From Acidimicrobiales bacterium (GTDB taxonomy: Bacteria; Actinomycetota; Acidimicrobiia; Acidimicrobiales; VFJN01): a stretch of 64,000 bases of DNA. Under the pieces are notes generated by a model. That model searched no databases, was not told where the DNA came from, and saw nothing but the letters and a program-made list of their open reading frames with translations. The position numbers and the translations under genes were made by a program. Below, piece after piece: positions 15,104 to 27,332 of the stretch; positions within the stretch are counted from its first letter, which is position 1, and the number at the start of each line of letters is the position of its first letter. The stretch lies in assembly GCA_035316325.1 (NCBI GenBank), contig DATHJB010000058.1:10578-74577 (forward strand), read 5' to 3'.

Positions 15104-16641
15104 CCCGAAGCGACGAGGACCGGGACGGCGTCCTGGGCCCAGCCGCTGATGGCGCCGGGCCACACACCGACGCCGATGGTGACGACGAGGCACAGCGTCA
15201 ACGCCACGCCCGCGCCCACAGAGACGGCCACACGGCCACCTTCGGGCGCCGCCTCCTCGTCGCCCATGTACATGGCGACGATGATGCGCAGGTAGAGGAA
15301 CGCCGCGATCACGGCGGCGACCATGGCGACGACCGCCAGCCAGGTCGACCCGGCGTCGACCGCCGCCGTGATCACGTAGAACTTGGCGAAGAACCCGGAC
15401 GTCAGCGGCACCCCGGCCTGGGCGAACAGGAACAGGGTCAACGCCAGCGCCAGCAGCGGGCGCTCCCGGCCGAGGCCCCGGTAGTCCTCCAGCGCGTGGC
15501 GGGCATCGCCCCGGCGGCCGACCAGTGTCACCACCCCGAACGTGCCGGCGACCATGAACGTGTAGGCGGCCAGGTAGAACAGCGCCGCCTGGACGCCGTC
15601 GTCGCTGGCGGCCTGCACACCGACCAGCACGTAGCCGGCGTGGGAGATCGAGCTGTAGGCCAGCATCCGCTTGACGTTCGTCTGCACGACCGCCAGCACC
15701 GAGCCCACCAGCAGCGTCGCCACGGCCAGGCCGAACAGCAGCGGCTGCCAGTCGACCGAGTAGGTCTGGAAGCCCACCACGAACACCCGGATCAGCCCGG
15801 CGAAGCCGGCGACCTTCACGCCGGACGCCATCCACGCCACCATCGGGGTGGGCGCGCCCTGGTAGACGTCAGGCGTCCAGAAGTGGAACGGGACGGCCGA
15901 CACCTTGAAGCCGAGGCCCACCAGCAGCAGCGCCAGGCCGGCGAAGACGAGGCCGTCGTTCTCCAGCACGCTGGTGCTGAACAGGCCCATGATCGTGGTG
16001 AGGTTGGTGGTGCCGGTGCCGCCGTAGATCAGGGCGATGCCGTAGAGCAGGAACGCCGAGGCGAACCCGCCGAGGATGAAGTACTTGAGGCCCGCCTCCT
16101 GCGACGTGACCCGGCGGAGGTGCAGCGCCGCCAGCACGTAGACGGCGATCGACAGGATCTCCAGGCCGAGGAACAGGACGATGAGGTCGTTGGCCTGGGA
16201 CATCACCACGCCGCCCGAGGCCGACAGCAGCAGCAGGACGTAGGCCTCCACGCCGTCGAGGCCCTCACGGCGCAGGTAGCCGTCGATCAGCAGGGCCGAC
16301 AGCACGACGCCCGACGCCAGCACGATCGTGGCGAACACCGAGAAGCCGTCGACGCCGAGGGCGCCGTCGAGGGTGGAGTAGGGGCCCCGGTCGCTGTCCT
16401 GCACCCGGTTCCACAGGTAGATCGCCAGGCCGATGGCGGTGATCGCCGAGGCCGACGTGATCAGGGCGTACGCGCCGGGGAACAGCCGCGACCGCACGAA
16501 CGACGTCAGCAGCATCAGCAGCAGCGCCCCGCCGACCAGGGCGAGCATCGGCCCCAGTGCCCACCAGTCGACGTGCGGCGTGTCGATCGGGGTGGGGTCG
16601 ACGGGTATCGGCTGGTTGAGGATGGCGAGCAGGGCGATCAC
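15100..16641 (-). CDS. nuoN: NADH-quinone oxidoreductase subunit N, set 2
   Basis: 513-aa ORF. Its GTG overlaps the nuoM stop. NuoN motifs are present (FKVSAVPFHFWTPDVYQGAPTP, KRMLAYSSISHAGY). Confidence 0.95.
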   Translation of the reverse strand: MIALLAILNQPIPVDPTPIDTPHVDWWALGPMLALVGGALLLMLLTSFVRSRLFPGAYALITSASAITAIGLAIYLWNRVQDSDRGPYSTLDGALGVDGFSVFATIVLASGVVLSALLIDGYLRREGLDGVEAYVLLLLSASGGVVMSQANDLIVLFLGLEILSIAVYVLAALHLRRVTSQEAGLKYFILGGFASAFLLYGIALIYGGTGTTNLTTIMGLFSTSVLENDGLVFAGLALLLVGLGFKVSAVPFHFWTPDVYQGAPTPMVAWMASGVKVAGFAGLIRVFVVGFQTYSVDWQPLLFGLAVATLLVGSVLAVVQTNVKRMLAYSSISHAGYVLVGVQAASDDGVQAALFYLAAYTFMVAGTFGVVTLVGRRGDARHALEDYRGLGRERPLLALALTLFLFAQAGVPLTSGFFAKFYVITAAVDAGSTWLAVVAMVAAVIAAFLYLRIIVAMYMGDEEAAPEGGRVAVSVGAGVALTLCLVVTIGVGVWPGAISGWAQDAVPVLVASG

Positions 16642-18382
16642 GGCGCAGATCCTTCCTCGGCCTCGGCCTCTTCGAGCTCGACGGGACCGTCGGCGGCGAT
16701 CGGCGGTTGCTCGTAGTCGCTGTTGTCCTCGACGTGGTTGATCAGGCGGTCGACCGCGGGCTCCATCCGTTCGAGGACCGGCTTGGGGTAGACGCCCAGG
16801 AACACGATCAGCCCGAGCAGCGGCGCCAGCACCATGCCCTCACGCCAGCTCAGCTCGGCGAAGCCCTTGTTCTCCTCGTCGGGCTCGCCGTGGAACACCC
16901 GCTGGTAGGCCCACAGCAGGTACACGGCGGCGAGGATCACGCCGGTGGCAGCGACGATCGCCCACCAGCGCCGGGTCAGGAACGACCCCACCAGCACCAG
17001 GAACTCGCCGACGAACCCGTTGAGGCCCGGCAGCCCGATCGACGACATCATCACCAGCGTGAACACCGCCGCGAAGATCGGCGCCACCTTCTGGATGCCC
17101 TTCAGCGCCGAGATCTCGCGGGTGTGGCGCCGGTCGGAGATCATCCCGACCAGGAGGAACAACGCTCCGGTGGACAGGCCGTGGTTGACGTTCTGGAGGA
17201 TGCCGCCCTGCAGGCCCTGGGTGGTGATGGCGAAGGTGCCCAGCACGATGAACCCGAGGTGGGCCACCGACGAGTAGGCCACCAGGCGTTTGAGGTCCTT
17301 CTGCATCGTCGCCACCACGGCGCCGTAGACGATGCCGATCACGCCCAACGTCACCAGGGTCGGGGCGAAGAACGTGGCCGCGTCGGGGAACAGGTACAAC
17401 CCGAAGCGGACCAACCCGTAAGTGCCCAGCTTCAGCAGCACCCCGGCCAGGATCACCGACCCGGCCGTGGGCGCCTCGGTGTGGGCGTCGGGCAGCCACG
17501 TGTGCAACGGGAACAGCGGCACCTTCACCGCGAACGCCAGGGCGAAGGCCAGGAAGATCCAGCGGGCCGCGGTCCAGTCGAACGGGTTGGCGCCGGCGTC
17601 GTTGTCGACGACGGTGCGCGACTCGGCGATCGTCACCAGGTCGAAGTCGAGCTTGGCGTCGCCCGACTGGAGCTCCTCGATCCGGGCCGACAGCGCCGAG
17701 TCGGCCTCGATGTCACCGCTGTTGGCCTGGGCGATCAGCTCCTGCGCCTCGGCCTCGTTGCGGTCGTTCATCGCGTCGCGGTGCAGGAACGCCAGGCTCA
17801 CGATGCCGACCAGCATCAACGCCGAGCCGAACATCGTGAACAGGAAGAACTTGAGCGCCGCGTACACCCGCTTGCCGTAGCCCCAGCCGCCGATGAGGAA
17901 GTACATCGGCACCAGCACGATCTCGAAGAACACGAAGAACAGGAAGAGATCGAGGGCCATGAACACCCCGAGGCAGCCGGCCTCGAGGATCAGCAGCCAG
18001 GCGTAGTACGCCTTCTGGTCGCGTTGTGGGGAGGTGCCGATCAGAGCGATCGGGAAGAGGAGGCCGGTCAGCACCACCAGGAACAGCGAGATGCCGTCGA
18101 TGCCGACGTGCCAGGAGATGCCGAAGTCGGCGATCCACGAGCGGTTGATCTCGAACTGGTAGCCGGCGTCGCCCTTGTCGAAGTCGGCCAGCAGGTAGAG
18201 GCTCAGCGCCCCGGCGCCGACGGAGAACAGCAGCGCCACCAGCCGGTGCAGCTCGGCCCGCCGGTTGGGGACCAGCGCGACGGCCAGCGCCCCGACGGCC
18301 GGCAGCGCCACGAGCGCGGTGAGGATCGGGAAGTCGGGCGCGGCATGTCCCGCGGCCTCGCTCGCCAGGACCAGGGTCGACA

Positions 18383-18383
<1 letters not shown>
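16638..18383 (-). CDS. nuoM: NADH-quinone oxidoreductase subunit M, set 2
   Basis: 581-aa ORF with NuoM motifs (FFVFFEIVLVPMYFLIG, PLFPLHTWLPDAHTEAPT). It has a soluble insert of about 75 aa (RDAMNDRNEAEAQELIAQ...). Its ATG overlaps the nuoL stop. Confidence 0.95.
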
Positions 18384-20287
<1,904 letters not shown>

Positions 20288-20308
20288 GGTTCCTGTTCCC
20301 TCGGTCCC

Positions 20309-20626
20309 TTATCCCTCGAGCAGCGCCAGGTCGTCGGCGGACGCCTCCGGCCGCTTGCGCAGCAGGGCGACGATGATCCCCAGGCCGACCACCACCTCGG
20401 CGGCGGCCACGACCAGCACGAACACCACCACGGTCTGACCGCCGATGTCGTTGAGCATCCGCGAGAACGTCACGAACGTGAGCGTGACCGCGTTGAGCAT
20501 CAGCTCGATGCACATGAACATCACCAGCGGGTTCCGGCGGACCAGCAGGCCGACGGCACCGATGCCGAACAGCAGCGACCCGAGCACCAGGTACCAGGCC
20601 GGCGTGACCTCCAGCGCGGCGAGCAT
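20309..20626 (-). CDS. nuoK: NADH-quinone oxidoreductase subunit K, set 2
   Basis: 105-aa ORF with three TM helices (RRNPLVMFMCIELMLNAV). Its ATG overlaps the nuoJ stop. Confidence 0.95.
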   Translation of the reverse strand: MLAALEVTPAWYLVLGSLLFGIGAVGLLVRRNPLVMFMCIELMLNAVTLTFVTFSRMLNDIGGQTVVVFVLVVAAAEVVVGLGIIVALLRKRPEASADDLALLEG

Positions 20627-21306
20627 CAGGCCTTCACTTCCTCGGACTCGGAGCCGGGCCCGGGTTCTTCGAGCTCGGCCTCGGACGGCGCGTCGTAGAC
20701 GTGCGCCCGGACCTCTGCTCTGTGGATGCGCTCGGCGATCTGCTCGGCGCGCTCCTCCTGGCCCGGGTCGACGATCTCGTCGGCCCGACGGGAGCGGCGG
20801 GCCAGCACCACGGCGCCGACCACCGCGATCACCAGCAGCACGGAGGTCAGCTCGAAGGCGAACACGTAGCGGGTGAACAGGGCGTCGCTGAGGACGTTGA
20901 TGTCGTAGGTGCCCTCGTCGGCCAGCGGGCCGACCCCGCTGGTGATGCCGGTGGCCTCGAAGTCGGTGCTGGCCAGGGCGGCGATCACCAGGCCGACCAC
21001 GCCGATGCCGAGCACCGCGGCGGCGATGCGCTGGCCGCCCAGCGGCTCGACCCGCAGGTCGTCGGCCTGGTCGACGCCCAGGAACATGATCACGAACAGG
21101 AACAGGACGACGATGGCGCCGGCGTAGACGATCACCTGCACGGCGGCCAGGAAGTGGGCCTCCTGGGCGATGAACAGCACGGCGATGCCGAACAGCGTCG
21201 CCACCAGCGACAGCGCCGCGTGCACCGGGTTCTTGCTGGCGACCACCCCGATGGCCCCACCCAGGCAGACCGTGCCGGCGACGCCAAATACGAACAGCTC
21301 GACCAT
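20626..21306 (-). CDS. nuoJ: NADH-quinone oxidoreductase subunit J, set 2
   Basis: 226-aa ORF. The NuoJ N-terminus is present (VVASKNPVHAALSLVATLFGIAVLFI). The C-terminal tail is acidic. Its ATG overlaps the nuoI stop. Confidence 0.9.
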   Translation of the reverse strand: MVELFVFGVAGTVCLGGAIGVVASKNPVHAALSLVATLFGIAVLFIAQEAHFLAAVQVIVYAGAIVVLFLFVIMFLGVDQADDLRVEPLGGQRIAAAVLGIGVVGLVIAALASTDFEATGITSGVGPLADEGTYDINVLSDALFTRYVFAFELTSVLLVIAVVGAVVLARRSRRADEIVDPGQEERAEQIAERIHRAEVRAHVYDAPSEAELEEPGPGSESEEVKA

Positions 21307-21992
21307 CAGTGATGCTCCCCCGCGTGCTCGTCGTCCGCGGGCTCCTCAGCAGGCTCCGGCTCCGACTCGGCAGGTGTGGCCGGGGCGTCGACCGACTGGC
21401 CCTGCTCCGCCGGCTTCACTCCGTAGCCCAGCTCGCCGGCCCAGGCGACGATCCCCTCGAACTCGGCAGCGCCGTTGGGAGCCGTGGCCCGCATCCACGC
21501 CGAGGTGTTGGCCTCGACCGCGTCGATGTCGGTCCAGTCCTCCCAGGGGAGCTGCTTCGGGCGGCCGTCGTCGCCCACCACCAGCTCCGCCTTCGTGTAG
21601 ATGGCGTCGCTGCGGTTGGTGAAGCTGAACTCGAACAGCTTCGACTCGGTGATCGCCTCGGTGGGGCACGCCTCCACGCACAGGTCGCAGTGGATGCAGC
21701 GCAGGTAGTTGATCTCGTAGATGAAGCCGTAGCGCTCGCCCGGCGACACCGGGTTGTCGAGCGGGTTGTCGGCCCCCCGCACGTAGATGCAGCGGGCGGG
21801 GCAGACACCGGCGCACAGCTCGCAGCCGATGCACTTCTCCATCCCGTCCTCGTAGCGGTTCAGCACGTGACGCCCGTGCAGGCGCTCGGGCTTCTCCCGC
21901 TTGCCACCCTCGTTCTTCACGTAGCTGCGGGTGAGGCGCGGGAACTCGAACAGCTTCTTGAACGTGACCCGGAACCCGTCGAGGTAGCCCAT
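21306..21992 (-). CDS. nuoI: NADH-quinone oxidoreductase subunit I, set 2
   Basis: Begins at the internal ATG at 21992 (overlapping the nuoH stop): MGYLDGFRVTFKKLF. The motifs CIGCELCAGVCP and CIHCDLCVEACP are present. A C-terminal extension of about 80 aa ends acidic. Confidence 0.9.
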   Translation of the reverse strand: MGYLDGFRVTFKKLFEFPRLTRSYVKNEGGKREKPERLHGRHVLNRYEDGMEKCIGCELCAGVCPARCIYVRGADNPLDNPVSPGERYGFIYEINYLRCIHCDLCVEACPTEAITESKLFEFSFTNRSDAIYTKAELVVGDDGRPKQLPWEDWTDIDAVEANTSAWMRATAPNGAAEFEGIVAWAGELGYGVKPAEQGQSVDAPATPAESEPEPAEEPADDEHAGEHH

Positions 21993-23236
21993 CAGACGAC
22001 GACCCCCTCGTCGAACGCTTCCTCTTCGGCGTGGCGGGCCTGGCCCACCCGCAGGGCGGCCGTGATCGCCACCCAGCCCAGCACCAGCACACCGAACGAC
22101 GCAGCCACCACGATCCACGGCTCCCAGTCGCGGTCGTCGCCGATGCGGATCGCCGCCAGCAGCAGCAACCACCCCAGCGACAGCGGGATCAGCACCTTCC
22201 AGCCCAGGTTCATGAGCTGGTCGTAGCGGAAGCGGGGCAGCGTGGCCCGGAACCACACGAACGTGAAGAGGAACACCATCAGCTTGAGGAAGAACCACAC
22301 GACGCCCCACAGCCAGGCGGGGCCGACGATGGTCGGGCCGGCGGGGCCACCCAGGAACAGGGTGACGATGATCGCCGACAGCGTGACCGTGTTCATGAAC
22401 TCGGCCATGTAGAAGAAGGCGAAGCGGATCGAGGCGTACTCGGTGTTGAACCCGCCCACCAGCTCCTGCTCGGCCTCCACCAGGTCGAACGGCGGGCGGT
22501 TGGCCTCGGCCGTGCCGGCGATCAGGAAGATCACGAACGGCACGATGCCGGTGGCGATGATGTTCCACCGGGGCAGGCCGAAGTCGCCGAACAGGCCGTA
22601 GCCGCCGCCGGACTGGTGCAGCACGATGTCGTGGGTCGACAGCGACCCGGCCAGCAGCACGACGGCCACCACCGACAGGCCCAGCGCCGCCTCGTAGGAG
22701 ACCATCTGCGCGGACGCCCGCACCGCACCCAGCAGCGGGTACTTCGAGCCCGACGACCAGCCGGCCAGCATCACGCCGTACACCGCGATCGACGACATGG
22801 CCAGCACCAGCAGCACCCCGATCGGCGGGTCGGCCAGCTGCATGTAGGTCTCTTTGCCGAACAGCTCGAACGTGCCCTGCTTCTCGCCGTTGAAGCCGCC
22901 GCCGATGGGGATGACCGAGAACGTGACGAACGCCGGCACCAGCGACAGGTACGGCGCCAGGACGAACACCTTCCGGTCGGCCCGGTCGGGGATCAGGTCC
23001 TCCTTGAAGAACAGCTTGGTGCCGTCGGCCAGCGTCTGGAGCAGCCCGAAGGGGCCGGCCCGGTTGGGGCCGAGGCGGTGCTGCATGTCGGCGATGAGCT
23101 TGCGCTCGAACCAGATCATGAGCATCACCGCGACCAGCAGCAGGGCGAAGACGAACACGGCCTTGAGGACGACGATGCCGACCTCGGCCCAGCCGAAGTC
23201 GCCGACGAGCAGCGGATCGAGAGCGAACAGGTGCAT
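21992..23236 (-). CDS. nuoH: NADH-quinone oxidoreductase subunit H, set 2
   Basis: Begins at the internal ATG at 23236 (overlapping the nuoG stop): MHLFALDPLLVGDFGW... Motifs include RLGPNRAGPFGLLQTLADG and EANRPPFDLVEAEQELVGGFNTEYAS. Confidence 0.9.
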   Translation of the reverse strand: MHLFALDPLLVGDFGWAEVGIVVLKAVFVFALLLVAVMLMIWFERKLIADMQHRLGPNRAGPFGLLQTLADGTKLFFKEDLIPDRADRKVFVLAPYLSLVPAFVTFSVIPIGGGFNGEKQGTFELFGKETYMQLADPPIGVLLVLAMSSIAVYGVMLAGWSSGSKYPLLGAVRASAQMVSYEAALGLSVVAVVLLAGSLSTHDIVLHQSGGGYGLFGDFGLPRWNIIATGIVPFVIFLIAGTAEANRPPFDLVEAEQELVGGFNTEYASIRFAFFYMAEFMNTVTLSAIIVTLFLGGPAGPTIVGPAWLWGVVWFFLKLMVFLFTFVWFRATLPRFRYDQLMNLGWKVLIPLSLGWLLLLAAIRIGDDRDWEPWIVVAASFGVLVLGWVAITAALRVGQARHAEEEAFDEGVVV

Positions 23237-25944
23237 CAGGGCCGCTCCACCCGGACGTCGGTGACCACCATCTTGGCGTCGATGAGGGCGTTGACCCGGC
23301 CCCCGCTCTGGTTGACGTGCAGCATCGCCACACCCCGGGGAACGGCATCGCTGGGCCGCACCGGCACCAGCACGTGGGTGCGGGCCGACGAGACCCGGGC
23401 TTCGTCGCCGGGGGCGATGCCGAGCCGCTCGAAGTCGTGGGGGTTGAGGCGCACGACGGCGCCCTCGGACAGCCCCACCAGCGACTCGCTGTGGCGCAGC
23501 AGGGTGCCCCGGTCGTAGAGCTTGCGGGTGGCCACCAGCCGCATCCCGTAGGCGTCGACGGGCGGGGGCTCCACCACGGTCCACTCCGGCAACGGCAGCG
23601 GGGCGGCACCGGCGACCAGGTGGCCGGGATCGCTGGCCGGCGGGGCGACGGCGTCCTCGATGACGGGGGTGGGCTCGTCGGCCTCGGCCTCGACCGCGAC
23701 TTCGGCCTCGGCGGCGGTGTCGTCGGCCGCGGCGGCCGGGTCGGTGGAACCGTTGCCGTTGCCGTCGCCGTTCGACGCTGCGGTCGCCGTGGCGAGCTTG
23801 CGGCTGGGCCACTCGACCACCACGCCGTCGGCGTCGCCGGCCTCGGCCAGCACGTCGCCGATGCCGGCGAAGAGGGGCGCCACCTGGCGCAGCTCGTCCC
23901 ACACCTGCTCGGGCGACTCGATGCCCAGGTCGTAGCCCAGGCGCCGGGAGATGTCGGCGGCGATCACCCAGTCGGTCTGGGCGGTGCCCGGGGCCGTCAC
24001 CTTCTGGGCGACCGTGGTGATGCGGCCCTCCAGGTTGGTGGTGGTGCCCCGCACCTCGGCGAAGCCGGCCGCGGGCAGCACCACGTCGGCCTGCCGCACC
24101 GACTCGGTGAGGAACAGGTCGCTGGCGATCACCGTGCGAGCCCCGGCCAGGCCACGCTCGGCCAGGTCGCGGTCGGGGAAGTCGCTCAGCGGGTCGGCGC
24201 CCAGCAGGATCAGCGTGTCGATCTTGCCGGCGGCTGCGGCGGTCAGGATGCCGGCGGCGTCGAGGCCCCGGTCGGACGGCATCCGGGGCCACAGCCCGGC
24301 GACCGCCTCGGCCCCGGCGGCCAGCGTGGTGCGCCCCGCCAGGAGGCCCGGCGCCATGCCCATGTCGATGGCCCCGTGGACGTTGGCGCGGCGCAGCGCC
24401 GAGAGGAACTTCACCTCGGGGCGGGCGTCGTGGATGGCCTTGGCCGCGGCGGCGATCGACTCGGCGGCCTCGGTGAGGTTGCCCCGCCCGACGATCACGC
24501 TCAACGGGCGCTCGCCCAGCAGGCGGGCGACGTCCTCGATCAGGTCGGCCCGGATGCCGGCGACTTCGGTGGGCAGCTCGGTCTCTTCGCTCGACCCGGC
24601 GGCCAGGAAGGCCTCGACCAGGGCGTGGACCTCGCCGGGGCGGTAACGCAGCGAGTGCGTGGCCAGGTGGCTCGTCGCGGTCTCGACCGACGACAGCTCC
24701 ACCAGGTCGACGCCGCTCTCGAGGATGGCGTGGCGCAGCCGCAGGTACAGGACCGGCAGCTCCTCCTTGGGATCGGGGCCGATCAGCAGCACCACCCCGC
24801 CGGGGGCGCACACCTCGTCGATCGTGGCCCGGGGCAGCCCCACCACCAGCTCGGCGGGCAGGCCGTCGTCGAGCTGGCAGTCGACGTTGTCGGTGCCGAT
24901 CACGCCCTTCGCCAGCTTCACCCAGGCGTAGGCGTCCTCGTTGGTGAGCCGGGAGCCGCCGAGCACGGCGACGCCCTCGGGGCCGCTGCGGTCGATGCCC
25001 TGCTGCAGTGCGGTGGTGGCCCGCTCCAGTGCCGCCGACCAGCTGGCCGGCTCCAGGAGCAGGCCCTCGTCGCGCAGCAGCGGGCTGCCCAGGCGCTCGT
25101 CGCTGTCGACGGCCTCGAACCCGAAGCGACCCTTGTCGCACAGCCAGCCCCAGTTGACCGGCTCCAGGTCGACGCCCTGGTAGCGCAGCACCTGGTTGCG
25201 GCTCGACTGCACCACCATGCGGCAGCCGACCGAGCAGCCGGTGCAGGTGGTCTCGGCCTCCTCCAGGTCCCACGGGCGGGCCTTGAAGCGGAACGGCGTG
25301 GCGGTCAGCGCCCCCACCGGGCAGATCTGCACGGTGTTGCCGCTGAAGTAGCTGGCGAACGGCTGGTCGGGGAACGTGTTGACCTGCGTCTGGTCGGCCC
25401 GGTCGAGGAAGTGGATCAGCGGGTCGCCGGCCACCTCCTTGGCGAAGCGGGTGCAGCGGTCGCAGAGGATGCAGCGCTCCCGGTCGAGCAGCACCACGTC
25501 GCTCACCGGGATCGGCTTCTCGTAGTGGCGCTTCTCCTCGACGAACCGGCTCTCGCCCGGGCCGTAGGACATCGTCTGGTCCTGCAGCGGGCACTCGCCG
25601 CCCTTGTCGCACACCGGGCAGTCGAGCGGGTGGTTGATCAGGAGGAACTCGAGGACACCCTCCTGCGCCTTCTGGGCCGCGGGCGACTCGGTGAGCACGG
25701 TCATCCCGTCGGTGCACTCGATCATGCACGACGGCTGCAGCGCCGGGCCCCGACCGGTGTCGATCTCGACCAGGCACATGCGGCACATGCCCACCGAGCT
25801 CATGCGCGGGTGGTAGCAGAACCGCGGGATGTAGACCCCGTTCCGCTCCGCGGCGGCGATGACCAGCTCGCCCTTCTCGGCGACGATCTCGTTCCCGTCC
25901 ACGGTCACCGTGACGGTGTCCGTGGGCGCCTCGACGTCGGTCAC
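23236..25944 (-). CDS. nuoG: NADH-quinone oxidoreductase subunit G (75-kDa Fe-S subunit)
   Basis: The GTG at 25944 overlaps the nuoF stop (GTGA). An N-terminal 2Fe-2S motif is present (CYHPRMSSVGMCRMCLVE), followed by HPLDCPVCDKGGECPLQD and CILCDRCTRF, then a molybdopterin-like domain. A low-complexity acidic insert lies near the C-terminus. Confidence 0.9.
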   Translation of the reverse strand: MTDVEAPTDTVTVTVDGNEIVAEKGELVIAAAERNGVYIPRFCYHPRMSSVGMCRMCLVEIDTGRGPALQPSCMIECTDGMTVLTESPAAQKAQEGVLEFLLINHPLDCPVCDKGGECPLQDQTMSYGPGESRFVEEKRHYEKPIPVSDVVLLDRERCILCDRCTRFAKEVAGDPLIHFLDRADQTQVNTFPDQPFASYFSGNTVQICPVGALTATPFRFKARPWDLEEAETTCTGCSVGCRMVVQSSRNQVLRYQGVDLEPVNWGWLCDKGRFGFEAVDSDERLGSPLLRDEGLLLEPASWSAALERATTALQQGIDRSGPEGVAVLGGSRLTNEDAYAWVKLAKGVIGTDNVDCQLDDGLPAELVVGLPRATIDEVCAPGGVVLLIGPDPKEELPVLYLRLRHAILESGVDLVELSSVETATSHLATHSLRYRPGEVHALVEAFLAAGSSEETELPTEVAGIRADLIEDVARLLGERPLSVIVGRGNLTEAAESIAAAAKAIHDARPEVKFLSALRRANVHGAIDMGMAPGLLAGRTTLAAGAEAVAGLWPRMPSDRGLDAAGILTAAAAGKIDTLILLGADPLSDFPDRDLAERGLAGARTVIASDLFLTESVRQADVVLPAAGFAEVRGTTTNLEGRITTVAQKVTAPGTAQTDWVIAADISRRLGYDLGIESPEQVWDELRQVAPLFAGIGDVLAEAGDADGVVVEWPSRKLATATAASNGDGNGNGSTDPAAAADDTAAEAEVAVEAEADEPTPVIEDAVAPPASDPGHLVAGAAPLPLPEWTVVEPPPVDAYGMRLVATRKLYDRGTLLRHSESLVGLSEGAVVRLNPHDFERLGIAPGDEARVSSARTHVLVPVRPSDAVPRGVAMLHVNQSGGRVNALIDAKMVVTDVRVERP

Positions 25945-27332
25945 GCCGGTGCCTCCGCGGGCTCGGGTTGCTCGGGTTGCGTGGGTTGCGAGAGGTAGGC
26001 CTTGCCGCCGATGGCGACCGTGACCTCGGCGTCGCCGCCGCAGTAGGCCGCGAACTCGTCCTTGAAGCGGAGCACCGCCGACGCGATCGGCGACACCACG
26101 GACGGGCCCAGCGGGCAGATCGTGGTCTGCTTCGGGGGCCACGTGATCTGCGGGGAGATGTTGTCGCAGACGTCCATCAGCTTGTCGACGTCGCCGGGGC
26201 GGCCCTGGCCGTCGAGCATCCGGCGCAGCAGCTTCTCCAGCCAGGCGGTGCCCTCGCGGCACGGCGTGCACTTGCCGCACGACTCGCGGGCGAAGAAGCG
26301 GACCAGCCGCCAGGCGGCCTTCACCGCATCGGTGGTCTCGTCCATCACCACGATCGCCCCGGAGCCCAGCATCGACCCGGCCGCACCCACGGCCCCCGCC
26401 TCCAGCGGCAGGTCGAGGTGCTCCTCGAAGAACCACGGCGCCGACGCCCCGCCAGGGATGAACGCCTTCAGCTTGTTGCCGTCGCGGATGCCGTCGCCGT
26501 ACTCCTTGCCGTACAGCAGGTCGCGGAACGTCGTCACCCCGAACTCGACCTCGAAAACGCCCGGGCTGTTGACGTGCCCCGACACCGCGAACAGCCGGGT
26601 GCCGGTCGACTTCTCGGCCCCAAGCTCGGCGAACGCCCCGCCGCCGTTGGCGACGATCCACGGCAGGTTCGACAGCGTCTCGACGTTGTTGACCACCGTC
26701 GGCTGCAGGTACAGGCCCTTGGCGGCCGGGAAGAAGGGCGGCTTCAGGCGGGGCATCCCGCGGTTGCCCTCCAGCGACTCGATGAGCGCCGTCTCCTCGC
26801 CGACGATGTAGGCGCCCGCACCCCAGTGCAGCACCACGTCGATCGAGAACTCGCTGCCCATGATGCTGCGGCCCACGTAGCCGGCGGCGTAGGCGTCGTT
26901 GAGCGCCCCGGCGATGCGCTCCTGGGCCAGGGCCATCTCGCCCCGCACGTACAGGAACGCCTGGCCGCAGCCGATGGCGTAGGCCGCCAGCAGCACGCCC
27001 TCGATCAGCTGGTGGGGGTCGCGCTCCATCAGCAGCCGGTCCTTGTAGGTGCCCGGCTCCGACTCGTCGCCGTTGACCACCAGGTAGCGCGGGAACACGC
27101 CCGGCGGGCAGAAGCCCCACTTCACGCCGGCGGGGAAGCCGGCGCCGCCGCGGCCCAGCAGGCTGGCGGCCTTGACCTCCTCGCCCACCTGGGCGGGGGT
27201 CATGGTGTCGAGCGCCTTCCGCAGCGCCGCGTAGCCGCCGGTCGCCTCGTAGCGCTCCAGCGTGAAGCCGTCGTCGACGTCCCAGCGGGACGTGACGATC
27301 CTCGGGATCTCGCGAGGGGTCGCCTCGGTCAT
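25941..27332 (-). CDS. nuoF: NADH-quinone oxidoreductase subunit F (NADH/FMN-binding)
   Basis: The internal ATG at 27332 overlaps the nuoE stop (ATGA). Motifs include GRGGAGFPAGVKW, NGDESEPGTYKDR and ESCGKCTPCREG. Confidence 0.92.
   Translation of the reverse strand: MTEATPREIPRIVTSRWDVDDGFTLERYEATGGYAALRKALDTMTPAQVGEEVKAASLLGRGGAGFPAGVKWGFCPPGVFPRYLVVNGDESEPGTYKDRLLMERDPHQLIEGVLLAAYAIGCGQAFLYVRGEMALAQERIAGALNDAYAAGYVGRSIMGSEFSIDVVLHWGAGAYIVGEETALIESLEGNRGMPRLKPPFFPAAKGLYLQPTVVNNVETLSNLPWIVANGGGAFAELGAEKSTGTRLFAVSGHVNSPGVFEVEFGVTTFRDLLYGKEYGDGIRDGNKLKAFIPGGASAPWFFEEHLDLPLEAGAVGAAGSMLGSGAIVVMDETTDAVKAAWRLVRFFARESCGKCTPCREGTAWLEKLLRRMLDGQGRPGDVDKLMDVCDNISPQITWPPKQTTICPLGPSVVSPIASAVLRFKDEFAAYCGGDAEVTVAIGGKAYLSQPTQPEQPEPAEAPA

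Noticed and set aside
21992-25786. Merged ORFs whose N-terminal halves run through the upstream gene. Examples are 4985..6043, 7252..9021, 8421..9617, 21306..23609, 21992..25786, 23236..27120, 25941..28841, 29765..30829, 40223..42967, 41617..44262, 48104..49612, 50777..51721, 51612..53465 and 62076..62849.
   Set aside because: The ORF track extends to the most distal start codon. In each case the family-typical N-terminus begins at an internal ATG or GTG that overlaps or abuts the upstream gene's stop. The extra residues are low-complexity Arg/Pro/Ala. I trimmed the starts accordingly.
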